Shown here: positions 27,239-36,708 of the stretch, one piece after another | Numbering within the stretch: position 1 is the stretch's first letter | How the letters are laid out: each line of letters starts with the position of its first letter | Assembly (NCBI GenBank): GCA_036382515.1 | Contig: DASVHQ010000119.1 | Coordinates: 715 to 64,714 of the forward strand | Source of the DNA: Polyangiales bacterium | Lineage (GTDB): Bacteria > Myxococcota_A > Polyangia > Polyangiales > JAFGIB01 | Length of the DNA: 64,000 bases | Direction of reading: 5' to 3' | Made by a program: the position numbers and the translations under genes | Notes under the pieces: model-generated | The model's input: the letters and a program-made list of their open reading frames with translations, nothing else | Databases searched by the model: none | Told to the model about the DNA's origin: nothing

Positions 27239-28231
27239 ATGGAAACCGACGTCGGATTCGCGTGCGGCGCTTGCGACGCATGGAGCCCACTCGATCAAAC
27301 GAGTTGCCCGGCGTGCGGTCACGACCTCACAACCCTCGGCGAGGTCCCGCAAGGCGGTGACCAGGCCGGGCGAAGCGTGGTATCAGGGGCGGGCGAAGCG
27401 GCCCAGACGTCGTCCAGCGCACAACTGTCCGAGGAAGAGCTGATGGACCAAGCACGCAACTACGTATGCAAGGAGTGCTCGACCGCCGTCCCGTCGGGGC
27501 ACAAGTTCTGCGGCACGTGTGGCGCTTCCGTGCCCCCCGAAGTCGTGGAGCTGCGCACCAAGTACTTCGGGACCATGCAAACGCCTGGCAAGGCGCGCTT
27601 GATCCTGATCCGCGGTGAGGGTGGCGTCGATGGCCTGAGCTACATGCTCCAGGGCACCGAGCACCTCGCCGGCCGCGAAGACGGCCAGATTCTGTTCCCC
27701 GAGGACAACTGGCTGTCGCCGCGTCACGCGAATTTCGTGTACGAGGGTGGGCAGCTCGTGGTGCGCGACGAAGACAGCCTCAACGGCGTCTACGTGCGCG
27801 TACGGGCGCCGGTGGCCCTGACCTACGGCGACACGTTTCTGTGCGGCGAGCAGCTCTTCCGGATCGAGCCGGCGCCGCGGGACACCGCCGGCCCGTCGCC
27901 CGATCAAACCTATTTCTACTCCTCGCCGCGCAAGCGCTACACCTTCAAGCTCGTGCAACTGCTCACCGGCGGCGCAACCGGCATCGCCTTCTGTGCCACG
28001 GGTGCATCGGCGCAGGTCGGCCGTGAAGAGTGTGACCTCAACTTCCCCACGGACGTGTACATGTCCGGCACCCATGCCAAGCTCGAGCAAGTGAGCGACG
28101 GCGTGTTCAACCTGATCGACAGCGAATCCAAGAACGGCACCTACGTGCGCATCACGGCGCCTGCGCGCTTGCAGCACGGCGCCTATCTGTTCCTCGGCAG
28201 GGAGCTCCTGCGCGTGGAGATGACAGCGTGA
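27239..28231 (+). CDS. Zinc-ribbon + double-FHA protein
   Basis: ATG at 27239. Zinc ribbons are CGACDAW..CPACGH and CKECS..KFCGTCG. There are two FHA cores: LAGRED..SPRHANF..SLNGVYV and VGREEC..SGTHAKL..SKNGTYV. Confidence 0.8.
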   Translation: METDVGFACGACDAWSPLDQTSCPACGHDLTTLGEVPQGGDQAGRSVVSGAGEAAQTSSSAQLSEEELMDQARNYVCKECSTAVPSGHKFCGTCGASVPPEVVELRTKYFGTMQTPGKARLILIRGEGGVDGLSYMLQGTEHLAGREDGQILFPEDNWLSPRHANFVYEGGQLVVRDEDSLNGVYVRVRAPVALTYGDTFLCGEQLFRIEPAPRDTAGPSPDQTYFYSSPRKRYTFKLVQLLTGGATGIAFCATGASAQVGREECDLNFPTDVYMSGTHAKLEQVSDGVFNLIDSESKNGTYVRITAPARLQHGAYLFLGRELLRVEMTA

Positions 28232-28301
28232 CCCTACCCGCAGAGCTGACGCGCTGCGCGTGCGGAAATTACCTTAGGCGTGTGTGTGACAGGAGGCTTC
28301 G

Positions 28302-29423
28302 GTGATCGTCTGCCCCAGGTGCAGCAAAGAAAACCAGGACCATTACAAGTTCTGTCTGGGCTGTGGCTCCGAGCTCCCGCGTGAAGCGGCTGCGCCGAAG
28401 AATTTCTCGGCGCGGACGCCGCCTTCGGCCATGCCCGCGGTCACGCCTGCAGCTGCGCCCGCTCGCGCTCCGGAGAAGAATCTCCAGTTCGCGGCGACCC
28501 AGCAGGGCAGCTTGTCCAATCCGCCCGCACCGCTGCCACGCGGCTCCGTCGCGCAGGCTGCGCCTGCTCCCGTGGTTTCGCGCCCCGTCTCGGCGCCCGC
28601 GCCTGCACCCGTGCCGGCGCCCGTCGCCAGCGTGGTGCATGCGTGCCCCAGCTGTAGCAACCCCGTGCCGCTCGACTTCAAGTTCTGCGGCACCTGCGGT
28701 CATCGCATGACGCCGGGTGTTGCACCCGTGGCCGCTGCGCCTGCACCTGCGCCCGTACCCATGCCTGCAGCCGCACCTGCAGTCGTGGCTCGGCCGCCCC
28801 GCGGCACGGTCGTCGTGATCAACCCCGACGGCAGCGAAGGCGACAGCTTCCCGCTGGCCGATGGCAACACCACGATCGGTCGCGACGCTGGCGCGGTGTT
28901 CGCTGCAGACGCCTACCTCTCGCCCGTGCACGCAACCTTCTCGTTCGCGGGTGCCGTGTGCTCCGTCAAGGACGAGGGCAGCCTCAACGGCGTCTACGTC
29001 AAGCTCAAGCGCGACACGCCGGTCAAGCTGCAAGATGGCGACATCTTCCGCATCGGTCAGGAAATCCTGCGCTACGAGGCCATCAGTGGGCCGCAGCTCG
29101 TCCATGGCGTCGAGCCGATGGGCAGCCCGAACCCGGGCTACGTCGGTCGTCTATCGCTGGTGATCGGTCGCGAGTCCACGGGCAACGCGCACCTGGTGCC
29201 ACGCGACGGCATGCACATGGGTCGCGAGCGCGGCGAAGCCATCTTCCCGGATGACGGCTACGTTTCGGGTCTGCACTGCCGCGTGCACCACGACGGCCAG
29301 AGCGCCGTGCTCACCGACGTCGGCAGCAGCAACGGAACGTTTCTGCGCATCCGTGGCCAGCGACAGGTCGTCAGCGGTGACCTCCTACTCATGGGCCAGC
29401 AACTCTTCCGCGTGCAGTTCTGA
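28302..29423 (+). CDS. Zinc-ribbon + Pro/Ala linker + double-FHA protein (paralog of the preceding gene)
   Basis: GTG start lies 5 nt after AGGAGG. Zinc ribbons are CPRCS..KFCLGCG and CPSCS..KFCGTCG. There are two FHA cores: IGRDAG..SPVHATF..SLNGVYV and MGRERG..SGLHCRV..SSNGTFL. Confidence 0.8.
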   Translation: MIVCPRCSKENQDHYKFCLGCGSELPREAAAPKNFSARTPPSAMPAVTPAAAPARAPEKNLQFAATQQGSLSNPPAPLPRGSVAQAAPAPVVSRPVSAPAPAPVPAPVASVVHACPSCSNPVPLDFKFCGTCGHRMTPGVAPVAAAPAPAPVPMPAAAPAVVARPPRGTVVVINPDGSEGDSFPLADGNTTIGRDAGAVFAADAYLSPVHATFSFAGAVCSVKDEGSLNGVYVKLKRDTPVKLQDGDIFRIGQEILRYEAISGPQLVHGVEPMGSPNPGYVGRLSLVIGRESTGNAHLVPRDGMHMGRERGEAIFPDDGYVSGLHCRVHHDGQSAVLTDVGSSNGTFLRIRGQRQVVSGDLLLMGQQLFRVQF

Positions 29424-29700
29424 TCGCGGCGCGGTCTCTTCACACCCGCCCACCCCCATCCGCGGCTTACGTTCTCGCTTCCTCGGTCACCGTACGTGAG
29501 TACGGCTCCCTCGGGCGCTGCGGGCGCGCTCGCGGCTAGAGGCCAATTCGCGCCGCTTGCGTTGGTGTCGGTGCGGGCGTGCTCGTTGTCGCTGTGGGCG
29601 CGCTCGCAGCTGGAGGCCAAATCGCGCCGCTCGCGTTGGTGTCGGTGGAGCGCAGAGGGGGATGAGCGGCGTTTGAGGCCAATTCGCCCTGTTCGCGGCA
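29421..29700. repeat. Palindromic intergenic repeat, copy B, followed by about 74-bp tandem units
   Basis: Core is 29458-29560. The unit GGGCGCGCTCGC(G/A)GCT(A/G)GAGGCCAA(T/A)TCGCGCCGCT(T/C)GCGTTGGTGTCGGTG starts near 29518 and again near 29592. A third partial GAGGCCAATTCGCC occurs at 29675. Confidence 0.8.
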
Positions 29701-29863
29701 GGGCACGAAGCCATCGCTTTGGCGAGGTCGTGCTGGGGCGCGGCCAAGCACGTACCGTTGGGGGAACGTGCATCTCGTCTGCACGAGCACGCGAACGTGC
29801 TCCGAGGGGTCGCCATGCGGAACGCGCGCAGGACCACCCCAGCACGTCCGATCAGCGCCTCGA

Positions 29864-30727
29864 CTACGTCAACTTCGCAAGGAAGTCGTCGATGCACGCG
29901 TTGATGAGCTCCGGCTGCTCGCTGGGCGCGGCGTGACTGGCGCCGCGGAGCTCGCGGTACACCGCGCCGGGGATCTGCTCGGCCATGTGCTTGGTGACGT
30001 CGCGCGGGGTGAAGGTGTCCCGCTCAGCTGCGATCACGAGCGTCGGCACGCGGATGCTGCCCAGCATATCTTCGGCGCTGTGCTCGCCGGCGTGCTGCAA
30101 CATTGTGAGGTAGACGTCGAGCTCGATATCGGACAGATGCTCGACGTAGAGCCGGAAGTCTTCAGGGCGCAGCGTTGCGCCATCGATCTCGCGCAACCAG
30201 CTCGCCACGCGGTAGCTGAGCGCAGGCGGCAAGCGGCCCCACAGCGCGCGCGCCAGCGCCCCGTACTTGCGCGTGTTGGTGATCAGCGTGGGTAGCACGC
30301 GCGAGAGGATGTCGGTGCCGTGGAAAGTGTGCGTGATGCGGCCGTAGCTCCCGCACGCAAGCACGAGCGCACGCACGCGCTCGGGATGTGTGCGGTAAAG
30401 CTCCAGCGCGACCTGACTGCCCATCGAATGCGTGAGCAGCACGGCGCGCTCGATCTGCGCCTTGTCCAGCACGCGCAGCACGTCGTCGCTCAACGTTTCG
30501 ATGTCGGCGGCGGTGGGATCCACCGGCGCACCGCTGCGGCCGTGGCCACGGTAGTGGCAGTGCACGACGCGATAGTGCAGAGCCAGGTGCGGCTGGATGT
30601 GCACCCACGCCCACCCGTCGCAGCCGATGCCATCAAGCAGGACGAGCGCTGCTCCCGTCCCCCGCGAACCGTAGAACAGCTTGGTGCCGTCTGCGGCGGA
30701 GGCGAAACCGCGCTCGTCGTAATGCAT
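29864..30727 (-). CDS. Alpha/beta-fold hydrolase
   Basis: HGRSG, the nucleophile elbow THSMGSQ, and a C-terminal H in GASHAAP. Confidence 0.85.
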   Translation of the reverse strand: MHYDERGFASAADGTKLFYGSRGTGAALVLLDGIGCDGWAWVHIQPHLALHYRVVHCHYRGHGRSGAPVDPTAADIETLSDDVLRVLDKAQIERAVLLTHSMGSQVALELYRTHPERVRALVLACGSYGRITHTFHGTDILSRVLPTLITNTRKYGALARALWGRLPPALSYRVASWLREIDGATLRPEDFRLYVEHLSDIELDVYLTMLQHAGEHSAEDMLGSIRVPTLVIAAERDTFTPRDVTKHMAEQIPGAVYRELRGASHAAPSEQPELINACIDDFLAKLT

Positions 30728-30818
30728 GGCCTACGTTGAAAGCGTGCGCGCGTCGCTCTTCACTCGCCAAGTACCAGAAGCACCAAGCACGAAGAAGCAC
30801 GACGCGCGCACGACAGGC

Positions 30819-31025
30819 TCACGCCTCGTCGGGATTGTCGTCCTCGGCGCCGTCGGCCACGTCGTTCACCGACGGCAAGCGCCGGATGTCGGGCAAGCCG
30901 ATCTTGACGCAGCGCTGCACGATCCAGGAAAGGGACCGATCCAAACGGGCAGCTTCCTTCTGAATTTCCTGCAGCATGGTCTCTGGAAAGTAGAGGCTCT
31001 GCTTCCGCTTATCTGTCGCTGACAT
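30819..31025 (-). CDS. Small ribbon-helix-helix-like protein (Myxococcota-restricted family; I recall the name TIGR04563, unverified)
   Basis: Internal ATG at 31025: MSATDKRKQSLYFPETMLQEIQKEAARLDRSLSWIVQRCVK. Confidence 0.6.
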   Translation of the reverse strand: MSATDKRKQSLYFPETMLQEIQKEAARLDRSLSWIVQRCVKIGLPDIRRLPSVNDVADGAEDDNPDEA

Positions 31026-31096
31026 GCGCCCTTTCTCCTCGTGTCGAAACCGAGTGGCTAAGCCCTCGAAGTGGATCTGGTGCAATGTGCTGCTTA

Positions 31097-31114
31097 TCGT
31101 AGCCTTTGCTACGA
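31097..31114. promoter_or_regulatory. 18-bp palindrome TCGTAGC-CTTT-GCTACGA in the divergent RHH / S41 protease intergenic region; candidate operator
   Basis: Perfect 7-bp arms, seen directly, about 75 nt upstream of the RHH start. Confidence 0.3.
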
Positions 31115-31216
31115 ATGCATTAGAGTACGACCGCGCACGCCGTGTCAACGAAACATGATGCGTCGCGCACACGGAAACACCGTTTTGCGACGAGTCGATC
31201 CCGCCGGGAGGTTTGG

Positions 31217-32578
31217 ATGAGTTTTCAGAGGCGCTGCCACGCCGCATGGGCCTGCACTTCGCACGGAGTCGCGATCTGCGCGGTGCTGCTCATCGCTGCG
31301 GCTGGTGCGCGAGCTGACGAAGCGGCCGGTGCAGGGCCGTACCCGCGCCTTGCCACTTTCGCGCGAGCGCTCGCGCACATCGAGAACAGCTACGTCGGCG
31401 AGGTCGATCAGGACGCGCTGATCGACGGTGCCATTCGTGGGATGTTGAAGGTGCTGGACCCACATTCGGCGTACCTCGATCCGAAGCAACTGCACATGCT
31501 CGAGAGCGACACGGAGGGGCGCTTCGGCGGTGTCGGCGTCGAGATCGATCTCAGTGATGGCTGGCTCACCGTGGTGCGCGTCATGCCGCAAGGTCCGGCT
31601 GCACGCGCGGGCCTCTTGCCTGGCGACCGCTTCCTCACCATCGAGGGCAACTCCGCGCGCGACCTGCCATTCGACGAGGCCATCGAGAAGATGCGCGGCG
31701 AGCCGGGCACGCAGGTGCACATCATGCTGCGTCGTCGTGGTGTGCCGGAAGCCGTGGCCGTCACGCTCACGCGCGAGATCATCGCGGTCGAGGCGGTGAC
31801 CGCGCGGGTGCTGCCTGATCGCGTCGTCTACGTGCAGCTGCGCGAGTTCCAGGAGAACACAGCGTCGGACCTGCGGCGCGTGCTCGACGAAGCGGTGGAG
31901 CGCACGGCGGCGCAAGGTGGCGTGCGCGGCGTGCTGCTCGACTTGCGCGACAACCCCGGCGGACTGCTCAGCTCCGCCGTGCTCGTGGCAGATGAGTTCT
32001 TGAGCGACGGCGTGATCGTTTCTACGCGCGCTCGCGGTGGCAAGCTCTTGCGCGAGAACCGAGCGACGGCCGCCGGGACGCGGCCGGGCTGGCCGCTCGT
32101 GTTACTCGTGAACGGTTACTCGGCAAGCGCCTCGGAGATCGTCGCCGGCGCGTTGCACGATCACAAGCGCGCGGTGCTCGTGGGTACTCGCACCTTCGGC
32201 AAAGGCAGCGTGCAGAACGTCATCGATCTGCCGGACGGCAGCGCACTGAAGCTGACGACCGCGCTATACTACACGCCCAGCGGCAGCTCGATCCAGGCCA
32301 AGGGCATCGAGCCCGACGTGGTCGTCGAGCAGTTGGACTCGAAGGTCTTGCGCGAGGCGCGGCTGGGCGGCGGCGAGCTCACGGAGGCCTCGCTCGAAGG
32401 TCATCTCCTGGTCGGGCCGAGCACCCCCGTCGCGCCGACGAGTGGGCAGGGCGATCGTGCTGCTCCCAAACGCGCAGTGGTCGGAGCTTCGGGCCCCGCG
32501 TTCGCCGACGACTACCAAGCCATGATGGCCTATCAAGTGCTCAAGGCACTGATCGCTAGCGCACCGGGAGCACGCTGA
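31217..32578 (+). CDS. S41 carboxyl-terminal processing protease with PDZ domain
   Basis: ATG at 31217 follows GGGAGG. Motifs seen are GGVGVEI, LPGDRFLTIEG, LDLRDNPGGLL, NGYSASASEI and FGKGSVQ. Confidence 0.9.
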   Translation: MSFQRRCHAAWACTSHGVAICAVLLIAAAGARADEAAGAGPYPRLATFARALAHIENSYVGEVDQDALIDGAIRGMLKVLDPHSAYLDPKQLHMLESDTEGRFGGVGVEIDLSDGWLTVVRVMPQGPAARAGLLPGDRFLTIEGNSARDLPFDEAIEKMRGEPGTQVHIMLRRRGVPEAVAVTLTREIIAVEAVTARVLPDRVVYVQLREFQENTASDLRRVLDEAVERTAAQGGVRGVLLDLRDNPGGLLSSAVLVADEFLSDGVIVSTRARGGKLLRENRATAAGTRPGWPLVLLVNGYSASASEIVAGALHDHKRAVLVGTRTFGKGSVQNVIDLPDGSALKLTTALYYTPSGSSIQAKGIEPDVVVEQLDSKVLREARLGGGELTEASLEGHLLVGPSTPVAPTSGQGDRAAPKRAVVGASGPAFADDYQAMMAYQVLKALIASAPGAR

Positions 32579-32609
32579 TGCAACCCGGGTCGCAGAGGCC
32601 AGGCGCTGT

Positions 32610-33299
32610 CTAGTGCATCAGGCCGAGGTAGATGGCTACGCCCACGCCGATGCCGCCGATCACGAGCATGCCGAGGCAGCCGAGCGCGACCCACAGCCAT
32701 GTCTTGCTGGTCTGCGCGAGTGGCGCGCCGCCTGGACCCGTGTGGTGCGCGGCGGCGTGATGCGGCCGTGCGGGCTCGTCGGATCGCCCGGCCGGCGCCA
32801 TCGGATCGCCCGGCAGGTACTTCTTGTGCTCTTGGTCGCCGGAGGCAGCCTCGGGGGCAGGCGCAGGCGGCTTGTGCGACGCGGGGCCTGCAGCTGCTGG
32901 CTGCGAGGGCAACACGAACGCAGCCTGCGCCGGCGCAGTGGCCGCAAACGCCATCTTCTTGCGCTCTTCGCCGCCTGCGGCGGCTGCGGCGGGCAGAGCG
33001 ACCGGCTGCGCGGCAGGCACGTTCGCGGCGAGCATCGTGGCCTTCAGCCCGTGCTTGGGCCCCGGCGTCGACGGGGCGGCCGGCACACTTGCGACCGGCG
33101 TAGCCGCTGGCGTCGACGCCGCCGCGGGCGCGACCGGCACAGGAGAGGACGCCGTCACCGGGGACGGTGTCATGATCATCGTGCCCTTGAAGCGCACGGG
33201 AGCCGCGCTCTTCTCTTTGGCCGCGAGCTCGTGGCCACAGTGCACGCACTTGATGGCCTCTGCGGTCGCTGGCTTCCCACATTCAGGACAAAAGGCCAT
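32610..33299 (-). CDS. Zinc-ribbon, Pro/Ala-rich, C-terminally TM-anchored protein
   Basis: MAFCPECGK..CVHCGH, then a long P/A-rich linker, then a C-terminal TM segment WLWVALGCLGMLVIGGIGVGVAIYLGL. Confidence 0.6.
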   Translation of the reverse strand: MAFCPECGKPATAEAIKCVHCGHELAAKEKSAAPVRFKGTMIMTPSPVTASSPVPVAPAAASTPAATPVASVPAAPSTPGPKHGLKATMLAANVPAAQPVALPAAAAAGGEERKKMAFAATAPAQAAFVLPSQPAAAGPASHKPPAPAPEAASGDQEHKKYLPGDPMAPAGRSDEPARPHHAAAHHTGPGGAPLAQTSKTWLWVALGCLGMLVIGGIGVGVAIYLGLMH

Positions 33300-33703
33300 A
33301 CGCGATTCCGACCCGCGGGCAGAGTGCAGACCCCAGGGTGCGCTCCTTGCACTGCGTAGAGTGTCGTGACTGCCGAAAAATCGTAACGTGTCTGGATCAG
33401 AGAGGGAAGGGGGAAGTTGTCCAAGCGCACTTGCGTTGACCCCGATCGCAGCGCGCTAGACGTGCGAAAAGCCAGCGCGTTTTGCCTGCTCGCGGGCCGC
33501 AGTGCGTCCTTGACAGAGGCGCTCGCTGCGGCCTAGCGTTCCGCCCGCTGACAGTGGCCCGACGCGCTGCACGTGGCTACGTAACGCGCACGCATCACGG
33601 CCGCACGACCGCACCGCCCGGGTGACACCGCGCGGACTCGCCCCAGCGGTGTCGCGGTGTCGCGGTCTCACTGGCAGGTCTCGTGAGCTGGTTCGTCGAG
33701 CTG

Positions 33704-33735
33704 GTTCTCAAGTTCTCAAGTTCTCAAGTTCTCAA
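33704..33735 (+). repeat. Tandem octamer (GTTCTCAA)x4 upstream of nuoE
   Basis: Counted base by base. It is preceded by the direct repeat GAGCTGGTTC at 33685-94 and 33698-707. Confidence 0.95.
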
Positions 33736-33813
33736 GGCACATCGCGGAGCAGCCTGCTGCACTCCGGATGCACGGATGGTTTCTAGGTTAGTTGGAGCAC
33801 GAGCAGACCGGTC

Positions 33814-34326
33814 ATGACGTTCACGCTCTCCGCGGAATCCGAGAAGATCGTCGATGAGCTGCTGACGCGCTATCCCACCAAGCGCGCGTCCTGCTTGCCA
33901 TTGTTGCACCTGTGTCAACGCCAGGAGGGCTGGGTCAGCCCCGGGGTCGTCGAGTACGTCGCCAAGCGACTCGACATGCCCACCAGCGAAGTCACCGGCG
34001 TCGTCACCTTCTATACGATGTACCACCAGCAAGCCGTCGCCCCGAACGTGGTTTGGGTGTGTCGCACGCTCTCGTGCGATCTGCGCGGCGGGCGCGAGAT
34101 CCAGAAGCATCTCGAAAAGCGCTTCGGCTGCGGCGCGGGCGGCACCAGCAAGGACGGCAAGTTCACGCTGAAGACCGCCGAGTGTCTGGCGGCCTGCGGT
34201 CAGGCGCCGATGGTGCAGATCAACGACGACTACCACGAGAATCTCACGCTCGAATCGCTGGATCGCCTGATCGACGAGATCGCGGCCACGACCGTGGTGA
34301 CACCCGCAGCAGGGGGCAAGAGCTAG
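33814..34326 (+). CDS. nuoE: NADH-quinone oxidoreductase subunit E
   Basis: VCRTLSCDLRGG and the AECLAACGQAPM 2Fe-2S Cys pattern. Confidence 0.95.
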   Translation: MTFTLSAESEKIVDELLTRYPTKRASCLPLLHLCQRQEGWVSPGVVEYVAKRLDMPTSEVTGVVTFYTMYHQQAVAPNVVWVCRTLSCDLRGGREIQKHLEKRFGCGAGGTSKDGKFTLKTAECLAACGQAPMVQINDDYHENLTLESLDRLIDEIAATTVVTPAAGGKS

Positions 34327-34329
34327 CCC

Positions 34330-35700
34330 ATGGCCGACTTTCCCAAAGTGATCAGCGCTCGCTACGGCTTGCCCGGCAGCCACACGCTCAAGGTGGCCGA
34401 GCAACACGGCGCCTATTCGTCCGCGCGCCAGGCCTTCACCACCATGAAGCCCGAGCAGATCGCGGCCGAAGTCAAAGACGCCAACATCCGCGGTCGCGGT
34501 GGCGCAGGCTTTCCCGCCGGCGTGAAGTGGGGCTTCCTGCCCAAGGATTCCAAGCTCACGCCCTACCTCGTGATCAACGCCGACGAGGGCGAGCCCGGCA
34601 CGTTCAAGGATCGCACGATCATGGAGCTCGACCCGCACCGGCTGGTCGAGGGTTGCCTGATCGCGATGCGCGCGGTCGGCGCACACGTTTGTTACATCTA
34701 CGTGCGCTGCGAGCTGGTGAAGTCGATCCAGCGGCTCGAGGCCGCCATCGAGGAAGCCAGCGAGCGCGGCTACGTCGGCAAGCAGCCGTTCGGCGTGGAT
34801 CATCCCACGGAGATCTACGTGCACATGGGCGCGGGCGCGTACATCTGCGGCGAAGAGACGGCGCTGCTCAACTCGCTCGAAGGCATGCGCGGCGAGCCGC
34901 GGCTCAAGCCGCCGTTCCCTGCCGTGAAGGGCGCGTTCGGTGCACCGACGATCGTGAACAACGTCGAGACCGTCGCCTCCGTGCCCGACATCATTCGCAT
35001 GGGCGGCAAGGCCTGGTCCGACCAGAGTCGGCTGCCGCGCGACGGCGGGACGCGCCTGTACGGCGTGAGCGGTCACGTGAAGAAGCCCGGCGTGTACGAA
35101 GCCCCCGTGGGTCTCACGCTGCGCGAGCTCATCTACGATTTCGGCGGCGGCATGTTGCACGCCGACCGTCCGATCAAAGCGATCATTCCCGGCGGTTCGT
35201 CCACGCCCGTGCTGCGGCCAGGCGATCTGGTGAACGCGCCCGACGCCGCGCATCCACTGCATCCATGGCACGGCAAGACGCACCTCGACGTGCCGATGGG
35301 TGTGGATACGTTCCGCGCGCTCGGCACCATGCTGGGCACTTGCTGCGCGATCGTCATGGACGACTCGGTCAACATGGTCGAGGTCGCGCGCAACCTGATG
35401 CACTTCTATTCGCACGAGTCGTGCGGGCAGTGCACGCCGTGCCGCGAAGGCACCGGCTGGTTGCACGACGTGCTCAAGAATCTGTGCGACGGCAAGGGCA
35501 AGGTGCAGGACGTGGATCTGCTGGTCGAGATCGCGAACAACATGATGGGCAACACCATCTGCGCGTTCGCCGACGGCACAGCCATGCCGATGCTCGGCCT
35601 CTTGCAGAAGTTCCGCGAGGAGTTCGTGGCCGTGGCCAAGGCGGGCGTTGCACCGCACAGCCTCGGCGCCACGGCACGCGCGCTCGGAGGTGTATCGTGA
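34330..35700 (+). CDS. nuoF: NADH-quinone oxidoreductase subunit F
   Basis: GRGGAGFPAGVKW and ESCGQCTPCREG. Confidence 0.95.
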   Translation: MADFPKVISARYGLPGSHTLKVAEQHGAYSSARQAFTTMKPEQIAAEVKDANIRGRGGAGFPAGVKWGFLPKDSKLTPYLVINADEGEPGTFKDRTIMELDPHRLVEGCLIAMRAVGAHVCYIYVRCELVKSIQRLEAAIEEASERGYVGKQPFGVDHPTEIYVHMGAGAYICGEETALLNSLEGMRGEPRLKPPFPAVKGAFGAPTIVNNVETVASVPDIIRMGGKAWSDQSRLPRDGGTRLYGVSGHVKKPGVYEAPVGLTLRELIYDFGGGMLHADRPIKAIIPGGSSTPVLRPGDLVNAPDAAHPLHPWHGKTHLDVPMGVDTFRALGTMLGTCCAIVMDDSVNMVEVARNLMHFYSHESCGQCTPCREGTGWLHDVLKNLCDGKGKVQDVDLLVEIANNMMGNTICAFADGTAMPMLGLLQKFREEFVAVAKAGVAPHSLGATARALGGVS

Positions 35701-36344
35701 GCGGCGGCGGCGAAGCACTGTTTGCGTTCTGCGCGCTGGTCGCGCTGCTCTCTGCGCTGGGCACCGTGGCCCTGCACAGCCCGATCCGCGCGGCGATGTC
35801 GCTGCTCGTGCACATCATCTCGCTCTCCGGCCTCTTCCTCCTGTTGCACGCGCAGCTGCTGGCAGCGCTGCAGCTCCTGGTCTACGCGGGCGCGATCGTC
35901 GTGCTCTTCGTGTTCGTCATCATGATGATCGGGCCATCGGTGCCCGAGCCACCCACGATGCGCGGCATGGCCACCAAAACGGTGTCCGTCGCGATCATGG
36001 TCGTGCTCACCGCCATCCTCGCCTTCTCGCTCATGCCCGTGCACATGCCCTTGATCGATCTCGGCCCGTGTCTGGCCGGCGAAGGCGCCGAGTGCGATCA
36101 GTTCGGCGGCGTGGGCGCCATGGCGCAGAGCTTGTTCATGGACGAGCTGGTGCCCTTCGAGTTGATCTCGGTGTTGCTCACCGTCGCGATCGTGGGCGCC
36201 ATCGCGGTTGCACGCGGTCGGTCGACACAAGAGCAGGCGTTGGCGCAAGCCAAGCGCGAGGCCCAGGCCTCGGCGCTGGCCGAGCAGACCGCACGCGAGC
36301 AGGCCATGGCGGCCGAGGTCGCGGCCCACGGCGGACACGGCTAG
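35697..36344 (+). CDS. nuoJ: NADH-quinone oxidoreductase subunit J
   Basis: GTG at 35697 overlaps the nuoF TGA (GTGA). The protein reads [21 protein letters not shown] and [15 protein letters not shown]. Confidence 0.85.
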   Translation: MSGGGEALFAFCALVALLSALGTVALHSPIRAAMSLLVHIISLSGLFLLLHAQLLAALQLLVYAGAIVVLFVFVIMMIGPSVPEPPTMRGMATKTVSVAIMVVLTAILAFSLMPVHMPLIDLGPCLAGEGAECDQFGGVGAMAQSLFMDELVPFELISVLLTVAIVGAIAVARGRSTQEQALAQAKREAQASALAEQTAREQAMAAEVAAHGGHG

Positions 36345-36354
36345 GGGAGACGTC

Positions 36355-36663
36355 ATGCAGATCGAGCTCGGTCATTATCTGGCGCTCTCGGCCATCGTGT
36401 TCGGCATCGGCGCGATCGGCTTTCTGGTGCGCCGCAACGTGCTGGTGCAGCTGATGTGCATCGAGTTGATGCTCAACTCGGTGAACCTGATGCTCGTCGC
36501 GTTCAACCGCTACATGCCCGACAACCACGCCGGGCAGCTCTTCGCCTTCTTCGTCATCGCCATCGCTGCGGCCGAGGCCGCGGTGGGCTTGGCGATCGTC
36601 ATCAGCATGTTTCGTCTGCGCAAGACCGTGCATTCGGACCGCGCAGACACTTTGAGGCATTAA
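36355..36663 (+). CDS. nuoK: NADH-quinone oxidoreductase subunit K
   Basis: ATG at 36355 follows GGGGAGA. The protein reads [13 protein letters not shown] and [12 protein letters not shown]. Confidence 0.9.
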   Translation: MQIELGHYLALSAIVFGIGAIGFLVRRNVLVQLMCIELMLNSVNLMLVAFNRYMPDNHAGQLFAFFVIAIAAAEAAVGLAIVISMFRLRKTVHSDRADTLRH

Positions 36664-36708
36664 TGACATACCCACGAAACAGCCTTCGGCTTTTCGCGTA
36701 GGATCCCC

